Shown here piece after piece: positions 9,125 through 18,045 of a stretch of DNA of 52,350 bases. The DNA lies in assembly GCA_044866005.1 (NCBI GenBank), contig JBIOTN010000136.1:1-52350 (forward strand), given 5' to 3'. This stretch comes from Candidatus Rokuibacteriota bacterium. Its GTDB lineage: Bacteria; Methylomirabilota; Methylomirabilia; Rokubacteriales; DASRDR01. Below the pieces are notes generated by a model. That model saw only the letters and a program-made list of their open reading frames with translations. It was not told the origin of the DNA and made no database searches. The position numbers and the translations under genes are program-made. The stretch's first letter is position 1. Each line of letters starts with the position of its first letter.

Positions 9125-12100
9125 ATGAGCGACGGGATCGACCGCCGCGGCTTCTTCCGGATCGTGGGCGTGACCTCCGCCGCCGCGGCGGCGGCCGCCT
9201 GCGGGAAGACCACGGAGGCGATCCTCCCCTACGTCGTCCCGCCGCAGCACGTCGTGCCGGGCGTCGCCACCTACTTCGCGACCGTGTGCCGGGAATGCCC
9301 GGCGGGCTGCGGCGTCCTGGCCAAGAGCCGGGAAGGACGCGTCGTCAAGCTCGAGGGGAATCCGGACCACCCGGTCAACGCGGGCGCCCTCTGCGCACGC
9401 GGGCAGGCGTCGATCCTCGGCACCTACGACCCCGACCGGGTCGCCCGGCCGGAGCGGCGGGAGGGCGGCAGCGTCACGACGCTCGCGGTGGCGGAGGCCG
9501 AGAAGCTGCTCGTCGAGCGGCTCGCGGCGGCGCGCCAGGCGGGCCCCGGCCGGATCGCCATGATCACCCAGCTCGAGACGGGGAGCCTGGGCCGCCTCAT
9601 GGACGACTGGCTCAAGGCGCTGAGCGGCCGGCCTCGCGTCGCCTACGAGCCCTTCGCCGGCGAGGCCCTGCGCGCGGCGAACCGCGCCACCTTCGACATC
9701 GACGCCATCCCCTACCACGCCTTCGAGGAGGCCCGGACGGTCCTCTCGCTCGGGGCCGACTACCTCGAGACGTGGCTCTCGCCCGTCGGCTACGGGCGCG
9801 GCTTCCGCGCCGCGCGGGCGCTCCGGGACGGGAGGCGCGCGACCGTCGTCCACGTCGAGCCCCGCTACTCGATGACCGCCGCCAACGCCGACGAGTGGAT
9901 CCCGAACGCGCCCGGAACGGAAGGCGTGGTGGCGCTCGCGCTGCTCCGGCTCGTGCTCGACGGCCGTCCCTCCGGGCTCCCGGGCCGGGACGCGCAGGTC
10001 CTGGCGGCCGTCGCGCGCGGCGTGGACGTCGAGGCAGCGGCGCGCGAGAGCGGCGTCCCGGCGGCGCGTCTCCGGCAGATCGCCGAACGGCTCGTGGACG
10101 GGGCGCCGAGCCTCGTGGTCGGCGGCGGCGTCGCGGTGACGGGGCCCGGGGCGACCGACGCCGCGATCGCGGTCAACCTGCTCAACTATGCGCTCGGCAA
10201 CGTCGGCCGGACGGTCCGCTTCGGCCCGAACTCGACCGTCGGCCAGGCCAGCCGCTACGCGGAGCTGGCGGCGCTCACCCGCGCGATGGCGAACGGCGAG
10301 ATCCAGGTGCTCGTGGTGAAGGATGCCAACCCCGTCTTCACGCTGCCGCCGAAGGCGGGATTCGCGGAGGCCCTCGCCCGGGTCCCGTTCGTCGTGAGCC
10401 TCTCGGCCCACCGGGATGAGACGACCGCGCGCGCGCACCTCGTCCTGCCGGACCTCACGCCGCTCGAGTCGTGGGGCGATTACTCGCCGCGCGAGGGTGT
10501 CGTGGGCCTCATGCAGCCCGCGATGGCCCCGGTGCCGGCGACCGGGTCGCGCCGCGAGGACGCGCTCGAGCTCGTGTTCAAGCGACCGCCGGAGGTCTTC
10601 CCGGGCGTCGAGACGAAGGCGGCGGGCGATCTGCTCCTCGACACCGGGCGCGCCCTGGTGCCGGGAGACAAGGGGCCGTTCCGGGCCAGGACGTTCGCGG
10701 ATTACCTCCGTGAGACCTGGCAGGGGATCGCCAGGACGGCGGCCCCCGGCACGCCCTTCGAAACGTTCTGGGAGGAGGCCCTGCGACGAGGCGGGCTCTG
10801 GCGCGACGTCCCGGCGACGCGGGTCTCGCTGAAGGCGGGCCTCCGGCTCGGGGGCGCGGCCGGACGCCTCGAGGGTCCCGCGGACGGGCCGGCGCTGCTC
10901 CTGGTTCCGTCGTCGCGGTACTACGACGGGCGCAGCGCCAACAAGCCCTGGCTCCACGAGGCGCCGGATCCGATGACCCAGGTGGTGTACGACAGCTGGG
11001 TCGAGATCTCCCGGGACACGGCGCGCCATCTCGGGATCGAGGCCGGCGACGTGGTGCGGGTGACCTCGCCGCACGGCCGGATCGAGCTGGCGGCCTACGT
11101 CACGGAGGCGCTCCACCCCGGCGTGGTGGCGATCCCGCTCGGCCTCGGGCACACCGAGTACGGGCGCTTCGCCCGCCAAGTGGGGCAGAGCCCGCTCGGC
11201 CTCCTGCCGGCGGACCCGGACCCGGCCTCGGGGGGCGCGCGCTGGCTCGCGGTGCGGGTCGGGCTGGAGCGTATCGGCCGTCGCGCGCCGCTCGCGACGC
11301 CGGCGGGCGTGACCGAGGTGGACCACGAGCGCGAGATCGTGGAGAGCCTCGGGTTGCGGGAGGCCGTCGCGCTCGAGCGGACGGGCGCGACGCCGCACGA
11401 GGCGAACCTGCCCTCGATGTACCCCGACCTGAAGTACCCCGAGCACCGGTGGGGGATGGTCCTCGACCTCGATGCCTGTACCGGCTGTCAGGCCTGCGTC
11501 GTCGCCTGCCAGGCGGAGAACAACGTGCCGATCGTCGGGCTCGCGGACCTTCCCCGGATCCCGGCCGGGCCCAACCCGATCGCGGCGGTCGGCAAGAGCC
11601 AGATCGGCTACGGGCGCCACCTCCACTGGCTGCGGGTCGAGCGGTGGTGGGACCGCGGCCACGCCGGAAACGGCGGAGGGCAGGCGCACGCGGCGGAGCC
11701 CGCCGCCGGGGGGCTGCCCGCGGCCCGCTTCATGCCGATGCTCTGCCAGCACTGCGAGGTCGCGCCCTGCGAGCCGGTCTGTCCGGTCTTCGCGGCCTAC
11801 CACACGCCGGAGGGCCTCAACGCGCAGGTGTACAACCGCTGCGTCGGCACGCGCTATTGCGGAAACAACTGTCCCTACATGGTGCGCCGGTTCAACTGGT
11901 ACCGCTACGCGTGGCCCCCGACGCTGGCGCTGGCGCTCAATCCGGACGTGACGGTCCGTGACCGCGGCATCATGGAAAAGTGCACCATGTGCGTTCAGCG
12001 CATCATCGCCGGGAAGGACCGGGCGCGCGACGACGGGCGCAAGCCGAGGGACGGCGAGATCGTGACGGCGTGCCAGCAGACGTGTCCCACCCAGGCGATC

Positions 12101-12241
12101 GTCTTCGGCGACCTCAAGGATTCCCAGAGCCGGGTGTCGCGGCTCTCGGCCTCGCCCCGCGGCTACCACGTCCTCGGCGACCTGGGAACGCGGCCGGCGC
12201 TGACCTACCTGAAGAAGGTCGTCGCGGAACCTCCGGCGTGA
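9125..12241 (+). CDS. actB: ActB-like fused molybdopterin-oxidoreductase-fold / Fe-S subunit of alternative complex III
   Basis: Tat signal DRRGFF and AAAC lipobox; CRECPAGC...LCARGQ; YYDGRSANKPWLHEAPDP; CTGCQACVVAC, CQHCEVAPCEPVCP, CVGTRYCGNNCP, CTMC...CQQTCP. Confidence 0.88.
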   Translation: MSDGIDRRGFFRIVGVTSAAAAAAACGKTTEAILPYVVPPQHVVPGVATYFATVCRECPAGCGVLAKSREGRVVKLEGNPDHPVNAGALCARGQASILGTYDPDRVARPERREGGSVTTLAVAEAEKLLVERLAAARQAGPGRIAMITQLETGSLGRLMDDWLKALSGRPRVAYEPFAGEALRAANRATFDIDAIPYHAFEEARTVLSLGADYLETWLSPVGYGRGFRAARALRDGRRATVVHVEPRYSMTAANADEWIPNAPGTEGVVALALLRLVLDGRPSGLPGRDAQVLAAVARGVDVEAAARESGVPAARLRQIAERLVDGAPSLVVGGGVAVTGPGATDAAIAVNLLNYALGNVGRTVRFGPNSTVGQASRYAELAALTRAMANGEIQVLVVKDANPVFTLPPKAGFAEALARVPFVVSLSAHRDETTARAHLVLPDLTPLESWGDYSPREGVVGLMQPAMAPVPATGSRREDALELVFKRPPEVFPGVETKAAGDLLLDTGRALVPGDKGPFRARTFADYLRETWQGIARTAAPGTPFETFWEEALRRGGLWRDVPATRVSLKAGLRLGGAAGRLEGPADGPALLLVPSSRYYDGRSANKPWLHEAPDPMTQVVYDSWVEISRDTARHLGIEAGDVVRVTSPHGRIELAAYVTEALHPGVVAIPLGLGHTEYGRFARQVGQSPLGLLPADPDPASGGARWLAVRVGLERIGRRAPLATPAGVTEVDHEREIVESLGLREAVALERTGATPHEANLPSMYPDLKYPEHRWGMVLDLDACTGCQACVVACQAENNVPIVGLADLPRIPAGPNPIAAVGKSQIGYGRHLHWLRVERWWDRGHAGNGGGQAHAAEPAAGGLPAARFMPMLCQHCEVAPCEPVCPVFAAYHTPEGLNAQVYNRCVGTRYCGNNCPYMVRRFNWYRYAWPPTLALALNPDVTVRDRGIMEKCTMCVQRIIAGKDRARDDGRKPRDGEIVTACQQTCPTQAIVFGDLKDSQSRVSRLSASPRGYHVLGDLGTRPALTYLKKVVAEPPA

Positions 12242-12318
12242 GCGCCTCGGATCGATCCCGTCGTAGCGGGTCGGCCGCATGACGGCCGGAGCGCTCCCGC
12301 CTCCTCCGGAGTGATCCG

Positions 12319-13680
12319 GTGAGCGCGCACACCGCCCAGCCGGCGCACGCCGGCCCCATCGCGGGCCAGCCGACCTTCGCGGACGTCAACCGCGACGTCA
12401 TCCGCACGCTCCAGTTCCCCTCCTCGCTCTACTTCGGCTGGATGTGCTTCGTCGCGCTCACGCTGGCGGGCGGGATCCTGGCCTGGACGATCCAGATCTA
12501 CTACGGCATCGGGATGGCCGGGAAGCGCAACCCGCAGATGTGGGCGATGTACATCACGACGTTCGTGTTCTGGATCGGCATCGGCCACGCCGGCACGCTG
12601 ATCTCGGCGATCCTCTACCTGTTCCGTGCGCGGTGGCGCACGTCCATCTACCGCGGCTCCGAGGCGATGACGGTCTTCGCCGTCCTGACGGCCGGACTCT
12701 TCCCGGTCATCCACCTCGGCCGGATGTGGCTCCCGTACTGGCTGATCCCGTACCCCAACCAGCGCTTCCTGTGGCCCGCTTTCCGGTCGCCGCTCCTGTG
12801 GGACGTCTTCGCCATCTCGACGTACCTGACCATCAGCGTCGTGTTCTTCTACGTCGGGCTGGTCCCGGACATCGCCGCGCTGCGCGATGCCGCCGCCGGC
12901 CTGAAGCGCCGCATCTACGGCCTCCTGGCGCTGGGCTGGCAGGGAACGGATCGGGAGTGGCGACACTACCGACGCGCGTACGGCCTCCTGGCGGCCCTGG
13001 CCACGCCGCTCGTGGTATCGGTCCACAGCGTGGTGTCCTGGGACTTCGCGATGGCGCTCCTGCCCGGCTGGCACTCGACCCTCTTCGCCCCCTTCTTCGT
13101 GGACGGCGCCATCTTCTCGGGCTTCGCCATGGTGCTCGTGCTCCTCATTCCGATGCGGTACTACTTCGACCTCTATCGCTACATCACCGATCGGCATCTG
13201 GACTCCATGGCGAAGCTCCTGCTGGTGACGAGCCTCGTGCTGACCTACTTCTACGCCTGCGAAGGCTTCACGTCCTGGTACAGCGGCGAGCGCGCGGAGC
13301 GCGCCTCCTACCTGTTCAAGTGGGTAGGCGTCTACGCGCCGTGGTGGTGGCTCCAGATCTTCTGCAACAGCGTCGCGCCGCTGGTGTTCTTCTGGCGCCG
13401 GGCGCGCGTCCACGTCCCCACCCTCTACGTGGTCTCGATCCTCGTGCTCGTGGGGATGTGGTTCGAGCGGTTCAACATCATCGTCCCGGGGCTCGGGCAC
13501 GGCTTCTACCCGTACACCTTCGGCTCCTACGTGCCGACGCCGGTGGACTCGATGATCATCATCGGGAGCTTTGCCTGGTTCTTCATCCTCTTCCTGGCGT
13601 TCATCAAGGTGTTGCCCTCGGTCTCCATCGTCGAGGTGAAGGAGGTCATCCCGCACCCCACGCGGGGAGGCGCTCACTGA
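12319..13680 (+). CDS. actC: ActC, NrfD/PsrC-family quinol-interacting membrane subunit
   Basis: FVFWIGIGHAGTLISAIL, EAMTVFAV, IHLGR, SPLLWDVFAISTY, SVHSVVSWDFA, GMWFERF. Confidence 0.92.
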   Translation: MSAHTAQPAHAGPIAGQPTFADVNRDVIRTLQFPSSLYFGWMCFVALTLAGGILAWTIQIYYGIGMAGKRNPQMWAMYITTFVFWIGIGHAGTLISAILYLFRARWRTSIYRGSEAMTVFAVLTAGLFPVIHLGRMWLPYWLIPYPNQRFLWPAFRSPLLWDVFAISTYLTISVVFFYVGLVPDIAALRDAAAGLKRRIYGLLALGWQGTDREWRHYRRAYGLLAALATPLVVSVHSVVSWDFAMALLPGWHSTLFAPFFVDGAIFSGFAMVLVLLIPMRYYFDLYRYITDRHLDSMAKLLLVTSLVLTYFYACEGFTSWYSGERAERASYLFKWVGVYAPWWWLQIFCNSVAPLVFFWRRARVHVPTLYVVSILVLVGMWFERFNIIVPGLGHGFYPYTFGSYVPTPVDSMIIIGSFAWFFILFLAFIKVLPSVSIVEVKEVIPHPTRGGAH

Positions 13681-13681
13681 G

Positions 13682-14188
13682 ATGGGGAGCCCCATCCTCG
13701 GCGTGTTCGCGCACGTGGACAGCACCGTCCAGGCCATCCGGGAGCTGCGCGGCAGGGGCTTCCAGGACATCGCGACCTACACCCCGGTCCCCCTGGAAGA
13801 GGTCGAGGAGGCCCTGACCGGGCATAGCCTGCCCTTGAGCCCGGTGCGCCTCTTCACCCTCGTCGGCGCCCTGACGGGGACCGTCAGCGGGTTCGCGCTG
13901 ACCATCTGGTCCTCCCTCAAGTGGAACCTCGTGGTGGGCGGAAAGCCGATCGTCTCGATCCCGCCCTACGTCATCATCGCCTTCGAGCTGACCATCCTCC
14001 TGGGCGGCCTCTGCACCTTCCTGGGCCTCCTGGTCCTCGCCCGGATCCCGCGCCTGTCCCCGTCGCCGCGGTACGATCCCCGATTCACCGCCGACCGCTT
14101 CGGCGTCGAGATCCGGTGCGCGCCCGAGGCGGTGCCGACCGTGACCGAGATCCTGCGGCGCGCCGGCGCCGAGGAGGTCCGGGCGTGA
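13682..14188 (+). CDS. actD: ActD (DUF3341-like) membrane subunit
   Basis: TYTPVP, VVGGKPIVSIPPYVIIAFELTIL, DPRFTADRFGV; position after actC. Confidence 0.88.
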   Translation: MGSPILGVFAHVDSTVQAIRELRGRGFQDIATYTPVPLEEVEEALTGHSLPLSPVRLFTLVGALTGTVSGFALTIWSSLKWNLVVGGKPIVSIPPYVIIAFELTILLGGLCTFLGLLVLARIPRLSPSPRYDPRFTADRFGVEIRCAPEAVPTVTEILRRAGAEEVRA

Positions 14189-14694
14189 AGTGGCTCTTTC
14201 TCGTCTGCCTGCTCGTGGTGTTCGGCGCAGGCGGTCTCATGGGCCTCCTGGTCGGCTACCGCTGGATGACCAGCATGCAGGCCGACGTCAAGGTCGTGCC
14301 GGGCGAGATGCCGCTCGGGCAGCCGCCCGGCACCGTGCCCCGGACGGGTGGGGAGCTGGTGCCGGCGCTGCCGGTGGCCGCGCTGCACGCCGCGTACGAG
14401 AAGCGGCCGAATCCCGTCCCCCGCTCACCCCAGTCGGTGGGGCGCGGCGAGGCGCTCTTCCGGATCTACTGCACCCCGTGCCACGGTGCGGGCGGCAAGG
14501 GCGACGGCCCGGTGATCCCCCGCTTCATCCCCCCGCCCGACCTCACCGGCGCCCAGATCCAGGGCCGGACCGACGGCCACCTCTCCGCCTACATCGGCTA
14601 CGGCGGGGCGATCATGCCCGCCTACGGCGAGGCGCTGTCGGTGTCGGAGCGCTGGGACCTCGTGAACTACGTCCGGACGCTCGCCCGGAGGTAG
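14185..14694 (+). CDS. actE: ActE-like monoheme cytochrome c
   Basis: N-terminal hydrophobic anchor, PPGTVPR, RGEALFRIYCTPCHG (CxxCH), MPAYG, ERWDLVNYVR; GTGA overlap with GAGGAGG RBS. Confidence 0.88.
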   Translation: MKWLFLVCLLVVFGAGGLMGLLVGYRWMTSMQADVKVVPGEMPLGQPPGTVPRTGGELVPALPVAALHAAYEKRPNPVPRSPQSVGRGEALFRIYCTPCHGAGGKGDGPVIPRFIPPPDLTGAQIQGRTDGHLSAYIGYGGAIMPAYGEALSVSERWDLVNYVRTLARR

Positions 14695-14700
14695 GCCCGC

Positions 14701-15861
14701 GTGGCGACGCCCGAGTCCCGCGACGTCCTCGCCGCGCCGCCCGGCCCCGCGCGCCTGCCCCTGGTGGTGCTCGCCGCGCTGGTCGGCCTCGGGGCCCTCG
14801 CCTTCCTGCTCGGCATCTGGGGCGGGCGCGCGCCACGGACGTGGGCGGCATTCCTGGTGAACCTCCTCTTCTGGTCCGGGCTGTCGGCCGCGGGGCCGGC
14901 GATCGCCGGCATCTTCGAGCTGACCGAGGCCCGGTGGGCGGGCGGGCTCCGGCGGATCGCCACCACGACGGTGGCCTTCATGCCGGTCTCGTTCTTCCTG
15001 TTCCTCGTCCTGCTGGCGGCGCTCCGCGTCCTCTACCCCTGGGTCACGGAGCCGATCCCGGAAAAGGCGCTGTGGCTGAACGCCCCCTTCCTGGTCCTGC
15101 GGATCGGGCTCGGGCTCGCGGTCCTCTACTGGGTGAGCATCCTCTTCGCCCGCGCAGTCCACGCCTCGCCGGCCGGCGCCGCCGAGGAGCCGGGACGCGC
15201 CCGGCGGGCCCGCCTGGCCGTCACGATGCTCTTCCTCTTCGTCGTGGTGTTCTCGCTCTTCGGCTTCGACCTCGTCATGTCGCTGGACCCGCACTGGTAC
15301 AGCGGCCTGCTCGGCGGCTACTTCGTGGTCGGCACGCTCTACTCGGGCTTCACCTTCCTCGTGCTGCTGATCGGGCTCTTGAGCTTCGGACGGCCGGGGT
15401 GGGTGCTGCCGCCCGGCGAGGTCCAGGACCTCGCCAAGCTGGTCTTCGCGACCTCGATCCTGTGGATGTACTTCTTCTGGTCTCAATACCTGGTCATCTG
15501 GTACGGCAACGTGCCGGTGGAGACACGCTTCGTCCTCACGCGGTTCTTCCAGGACCCGTGGCGCGTGCTCGCGCTCACGGCCTTCTTCGTCGGCTGGCTG
15601 CTCCCGTTCTCGTACCTGCTCGTCCGCTTGACCGGACGGCCGCCGCAAAGCCATCGGCTCCTCGTGGGCGTGTGCTCCCTGATCCTGCTCGCGCTCTTCC
15701 TCGAGCGCACGGTGCTCGTCTTTCCCTCGGTGCTGCGCGCGCCAGTGTTCCCCTACGGGTTGATCGAGATCCTGATCACGCTCGGGTTCGGCGCGCTGTT
15801 CGTCCTCTCCTACCTCATCTTCGTGCCGCGCTTCGGGCTCGTGTCGCGGGCCGGGGCCTGA
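14701..15861 (+). CDS. actF: ActF membrane subunit (ActC paralogue)
   Basis: Polytopic; LYPW, WLNAPF, DLVMSLDPHWYS, QDLAKL, YFFWSQYLVIWYGNVPVET. Confidence 0.88.
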   Translation: MATPESRDVLAAPPGPARLPLVVLAALVGLGALAFLLGIWGGRAPRTWAAFLVNLLFWSGLSAAGPAIAGIFELTEARWAGGLRRIATTTVAFMPVSFFLFLVLLAALRVLYPWVTEPIPEKALWLNAPFLVLRIGLGLAVLYWVSILFARAVHASPAGAAEEPGRARRARLAVTMLFLFVVVFSLFGFDLVMSLDPHWYSGLLGGYFVVGTLYSGFTFLVLLIGLLSFGRPGWVLPPGEVQDLAKLVFATSILWMYFFWSQYLVIWYGNVPVETRFVLTRFFQDPWRVLALTAFFVGWLLPFSYLLVRLTGRPPQSHRLLVGVCSLILLALFLERTVLVFPSVLRAPVFPYGLIEILITLGFGALFVLSYLIFVPRFGLVSRAGA

Positions 15862-15902
15862 GACCCGGCCCGGCGGCGTGGTCCGGCCGCGGCAGGCGTC
15901 GG

Positions 15903-15931
15903 TTGCCCGGGCGGAGGCCGGGCGGTAGACT
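15903..15931 (+). promoter_or_regulatory. Possible promoter of moeA
   Basis: TTGCCC-N17-TAGACT, 12 nt before ATG 15944. Confidence 0.5.
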
Positions 15932-15943
15932 GTCGCTCGGGCC

Positions 15944-17176
15944 ATGCTGTCGGTCGAAGAAGCGCTCGCGCGCGTCCTGGACGCGATCCCGGTGCTCGGC
16001 GCGGAGACGGTCGAGCTCGCCGCCGCGCTCGGCCGGGTCGTCGCGACACCGGTGGTGGCGGGACGCGACCTGCCGCCCTGGGACAATTCGTCGATGGACG
16101 GCTACGCGCTGCGCGGCCGGGACACGGCGGGCGCCACGGCGGAGCAGCCACGCCGCCTTCGCCTCCTGGGCGCGGTCCCGGCCGGCGCCGTGGCGGAACG
16201 CCCGGTCGGCCCGGGTGAGGCATACCGGATCCTGACCGGCGCGCCGATGCCGCCCGGCGCCGACGCCGTGATCCCGCAGGAGGACGTCCGCCGCGAGGCC
16301 GACACGCTCGTGGTGCCGCGGCCGGTCGACCCGGGCGCCTTCGTGAGGCCCCGGGGCGAGGACATCCGCGCGGGCGACGGGGTGCTCCCGCCCGGGACGC
16401 CGCTCGGCCCCGCGGCGCTCGGCGTCCTGGCGGCGCTCGGGCGGCCGCTGGTCCGCGTCTACCAGCGCCCGCGGGTGGCGATCCTCTCCACGGGCGACGA
16501 GCTGGTCGACCTCGACACGGTGCCCGGGCCCGGCCAGATCCCGAACTCCAACACCTACACGCTCTCGGCCCAGGTCCAGGAGGCGGGCGGCATCCCGCTG
16601 AGCCTCGGCATCGCGCGGGACAGCCGCGAGGACCTCGAGGAGCACTTCCGCTGGGGCCTCGGCGCGGACGTCCTGGTCTCGTCGGCCGGCGTCTCGGTGG
16701 GCGACCACGACTTCGTCCGGGAGGTGATGGAGAAGCTCGGGGCGGAGCTGGACTTCTGGAAGGTCGCGATGCGGCCCGGCAAGCCGCTGACCTTCGGCCG
16801 GCTCGCCGGCCGGCCGTTCTTCGGGCTCCCCGGCAACCCCGTCTCCTCCATGGTGACCTTCGAGCTGTTCGTCCGGCCCGCGCTCCGGCGGATGGGCGGC
16901 CACCGCCGCCTCTTCCGCCCCCGCGTCGTCGCGCGCGCGCTCGAGCCGCTCGACAACCCGGGACCCCGGCGCGGCTACCTCCGCGTCCGCCTCGGGGAGG
17001 AGGCCGGCGGGTTCACCGTCCGCGCGACGGGCGAGCAGGGCTCCGGCATCCTGCGCTCGATGCTGCTCGCGGACGGGCTGGCCGTGGTTCCGCCCGATAC
17101 CCGGGTGGGGCCCGGCCAGGATGTCGAGGTCATCCTTCTTCGCAACGACGGTGGGGCAACCGACGATCGCAGTTGA
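15944..17176 (+). CDS. moeA: Molybdopterin molybdotransferase
   Basis: PPWDNSSMDGYA, ILTGAPMPPGADAV, STGDEL, GVSVGDHD, MRPGKP, GLPGNPVS. Confidence 0.95.
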   Translation: MLSVEEALARVLDAIPVLGAETVELAAALGRVVATPVVAGRDLPPWDNSSMDGYALRGRDTAGATAEQPRRLRLLGAVPAGAVAERPVGPGEAYRILTGAPMPPGADAVIPQEDVRREADTLVVPRPVDPGAFVRPRGEDIRAGDGVLPPGTPLGPAALGVLAALGRPLVRVYQRPRVAILSTGDELVDLDTVPGPGQIPNSNTYTLSAQVQEAGGIPLSLGIARDSREDLEEHFRWGLGADVLVSSAGVSVGDHDFVREVMEKLGAELDFWKVAMRPGKPLTFGRLAGRPFFGLPGNPVSSMVTFELFVRPALRRMGGHRRLFRPRVVARALEPLDNPGPRRGYLRVRLGEEAGGFTVRATGEQGSGILRSMLLADGLAVVPPDTRVGPGQDVEVILLRNDGGATDDRS

Positions 17177-17236
17177 CGATCCGACCTCGCCAGACCACAC
17201 GACAGGGATCGGTCGTCGGCCCCGGGGGCCAGAACC

Positions 17237-18001
17237 GTGTCGGGACTCACTCGGCGAGACGTCCTCCGCGGCCTGACGCTGGGCGGCGCGGCCGCCCTCT
17301 GGCCGGCCACGCGGGGCCTCGCCGCGCCCCGGGGCGCGGGGGACCCCCTCCATCGGGTCCAGATCGACGCGCCGATCCTCGCCGACGACCCGGTCGCGGT
17401 GCCGCTCACGATCGCCGTGGACCACCCGATGGCGCCCGACCACTACATCCGCCGGCTGGAGGTGACGCTCGCGACGGACCCGGTGCCGCGCAAGGGCGTC
17501 TTCCTCTTCACGCCGGCGAGCGGCCGGCCGTCGGTCGCCTACCAGATGCGGTCCGGCCAGGGCGGGGAGCTGACCGTGGTCGGCGAGTGCACGCGCCACG
17601 GCCGGTTCGAGGCGACGCACACCGTGCGCGTGGCGCCGGGCGGCTGCGCGGTGCCGGCCGGCGGCCCGGGGCGCGAGCGGGGCGGGACGCCGACCCTCCG
17701 GACCGAAGGGCGCGTGCGCCCCGGTCAGGTCGTCCCCGTTTGGGCGTCGCTCCGGCACGCGTCGCACACGGGCCTGGTCGAGCGGAAGGGGACGTTCGTC
17801 CAGGAGCGGCCGGCCTTCTACGTGGAGCGCCTGGCGGTCTTCCTCGACGGCGAGCGGGTGAGCGAGTTCCTGATGACGCCGGCCGTCAGCCCCGATCCCA
17901 AGGTCCGCTTCTTCGTGAGGGCAGAGCCCGGCAAGACGCTACGGGTCGTCTTCGGGAACAACCGGGGCGAGCAGTGGGAAGCGAGTCAGCGACTGGGATG
18001 A
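17237..18001 (+). CDS. Tat-exported SoxY-SoxZ fusion (sulfur carrier-like)
   Basis: TRRDVL Tat signal; SoxY-like half (VPLTI...RVAPGGC) with internal GGC; SoxZ-like half (LRHASHTGL, PAFYVE, AVSPDPKVRF, NNRGE). Confidence 0.78.
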   Translation: MSGLTRRDVLRGLTLGGAAALWPATRGLAAPRGAGDPLHRVQIDAPILADDPVAVPLTIAVDHPMAPDHYIRRLEVTLATDPVPRKGVFLFTPASGRPSVAYQMRSGQGGELTVVGECTRHGRFEATHTVRVAPGGCAVPAGGPGRERGGTPTLRTEGRVRPGQVVPVWASLRHASHTGLVERKGTFVQERPAFYVERLAVFLDGERVSEFLMTPAVSPDPKVRFFVRAEPGKTLRVVFGNNRGEQWEASQRLG

Positions 18002-18045
18002 CCACGCGCGCGGGCGTCGGATCGCCCGGGAGGGAGGGCACGATC

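Noticed and set aside
9125..17176. ActB as an active molybdoenzyme matured by the adjacent moeA
   Set aside because: No recognisable Mo-ligand residue or MGD-binding His motif, and moeA appears to have its own promoter; adjacency alone is insufficient
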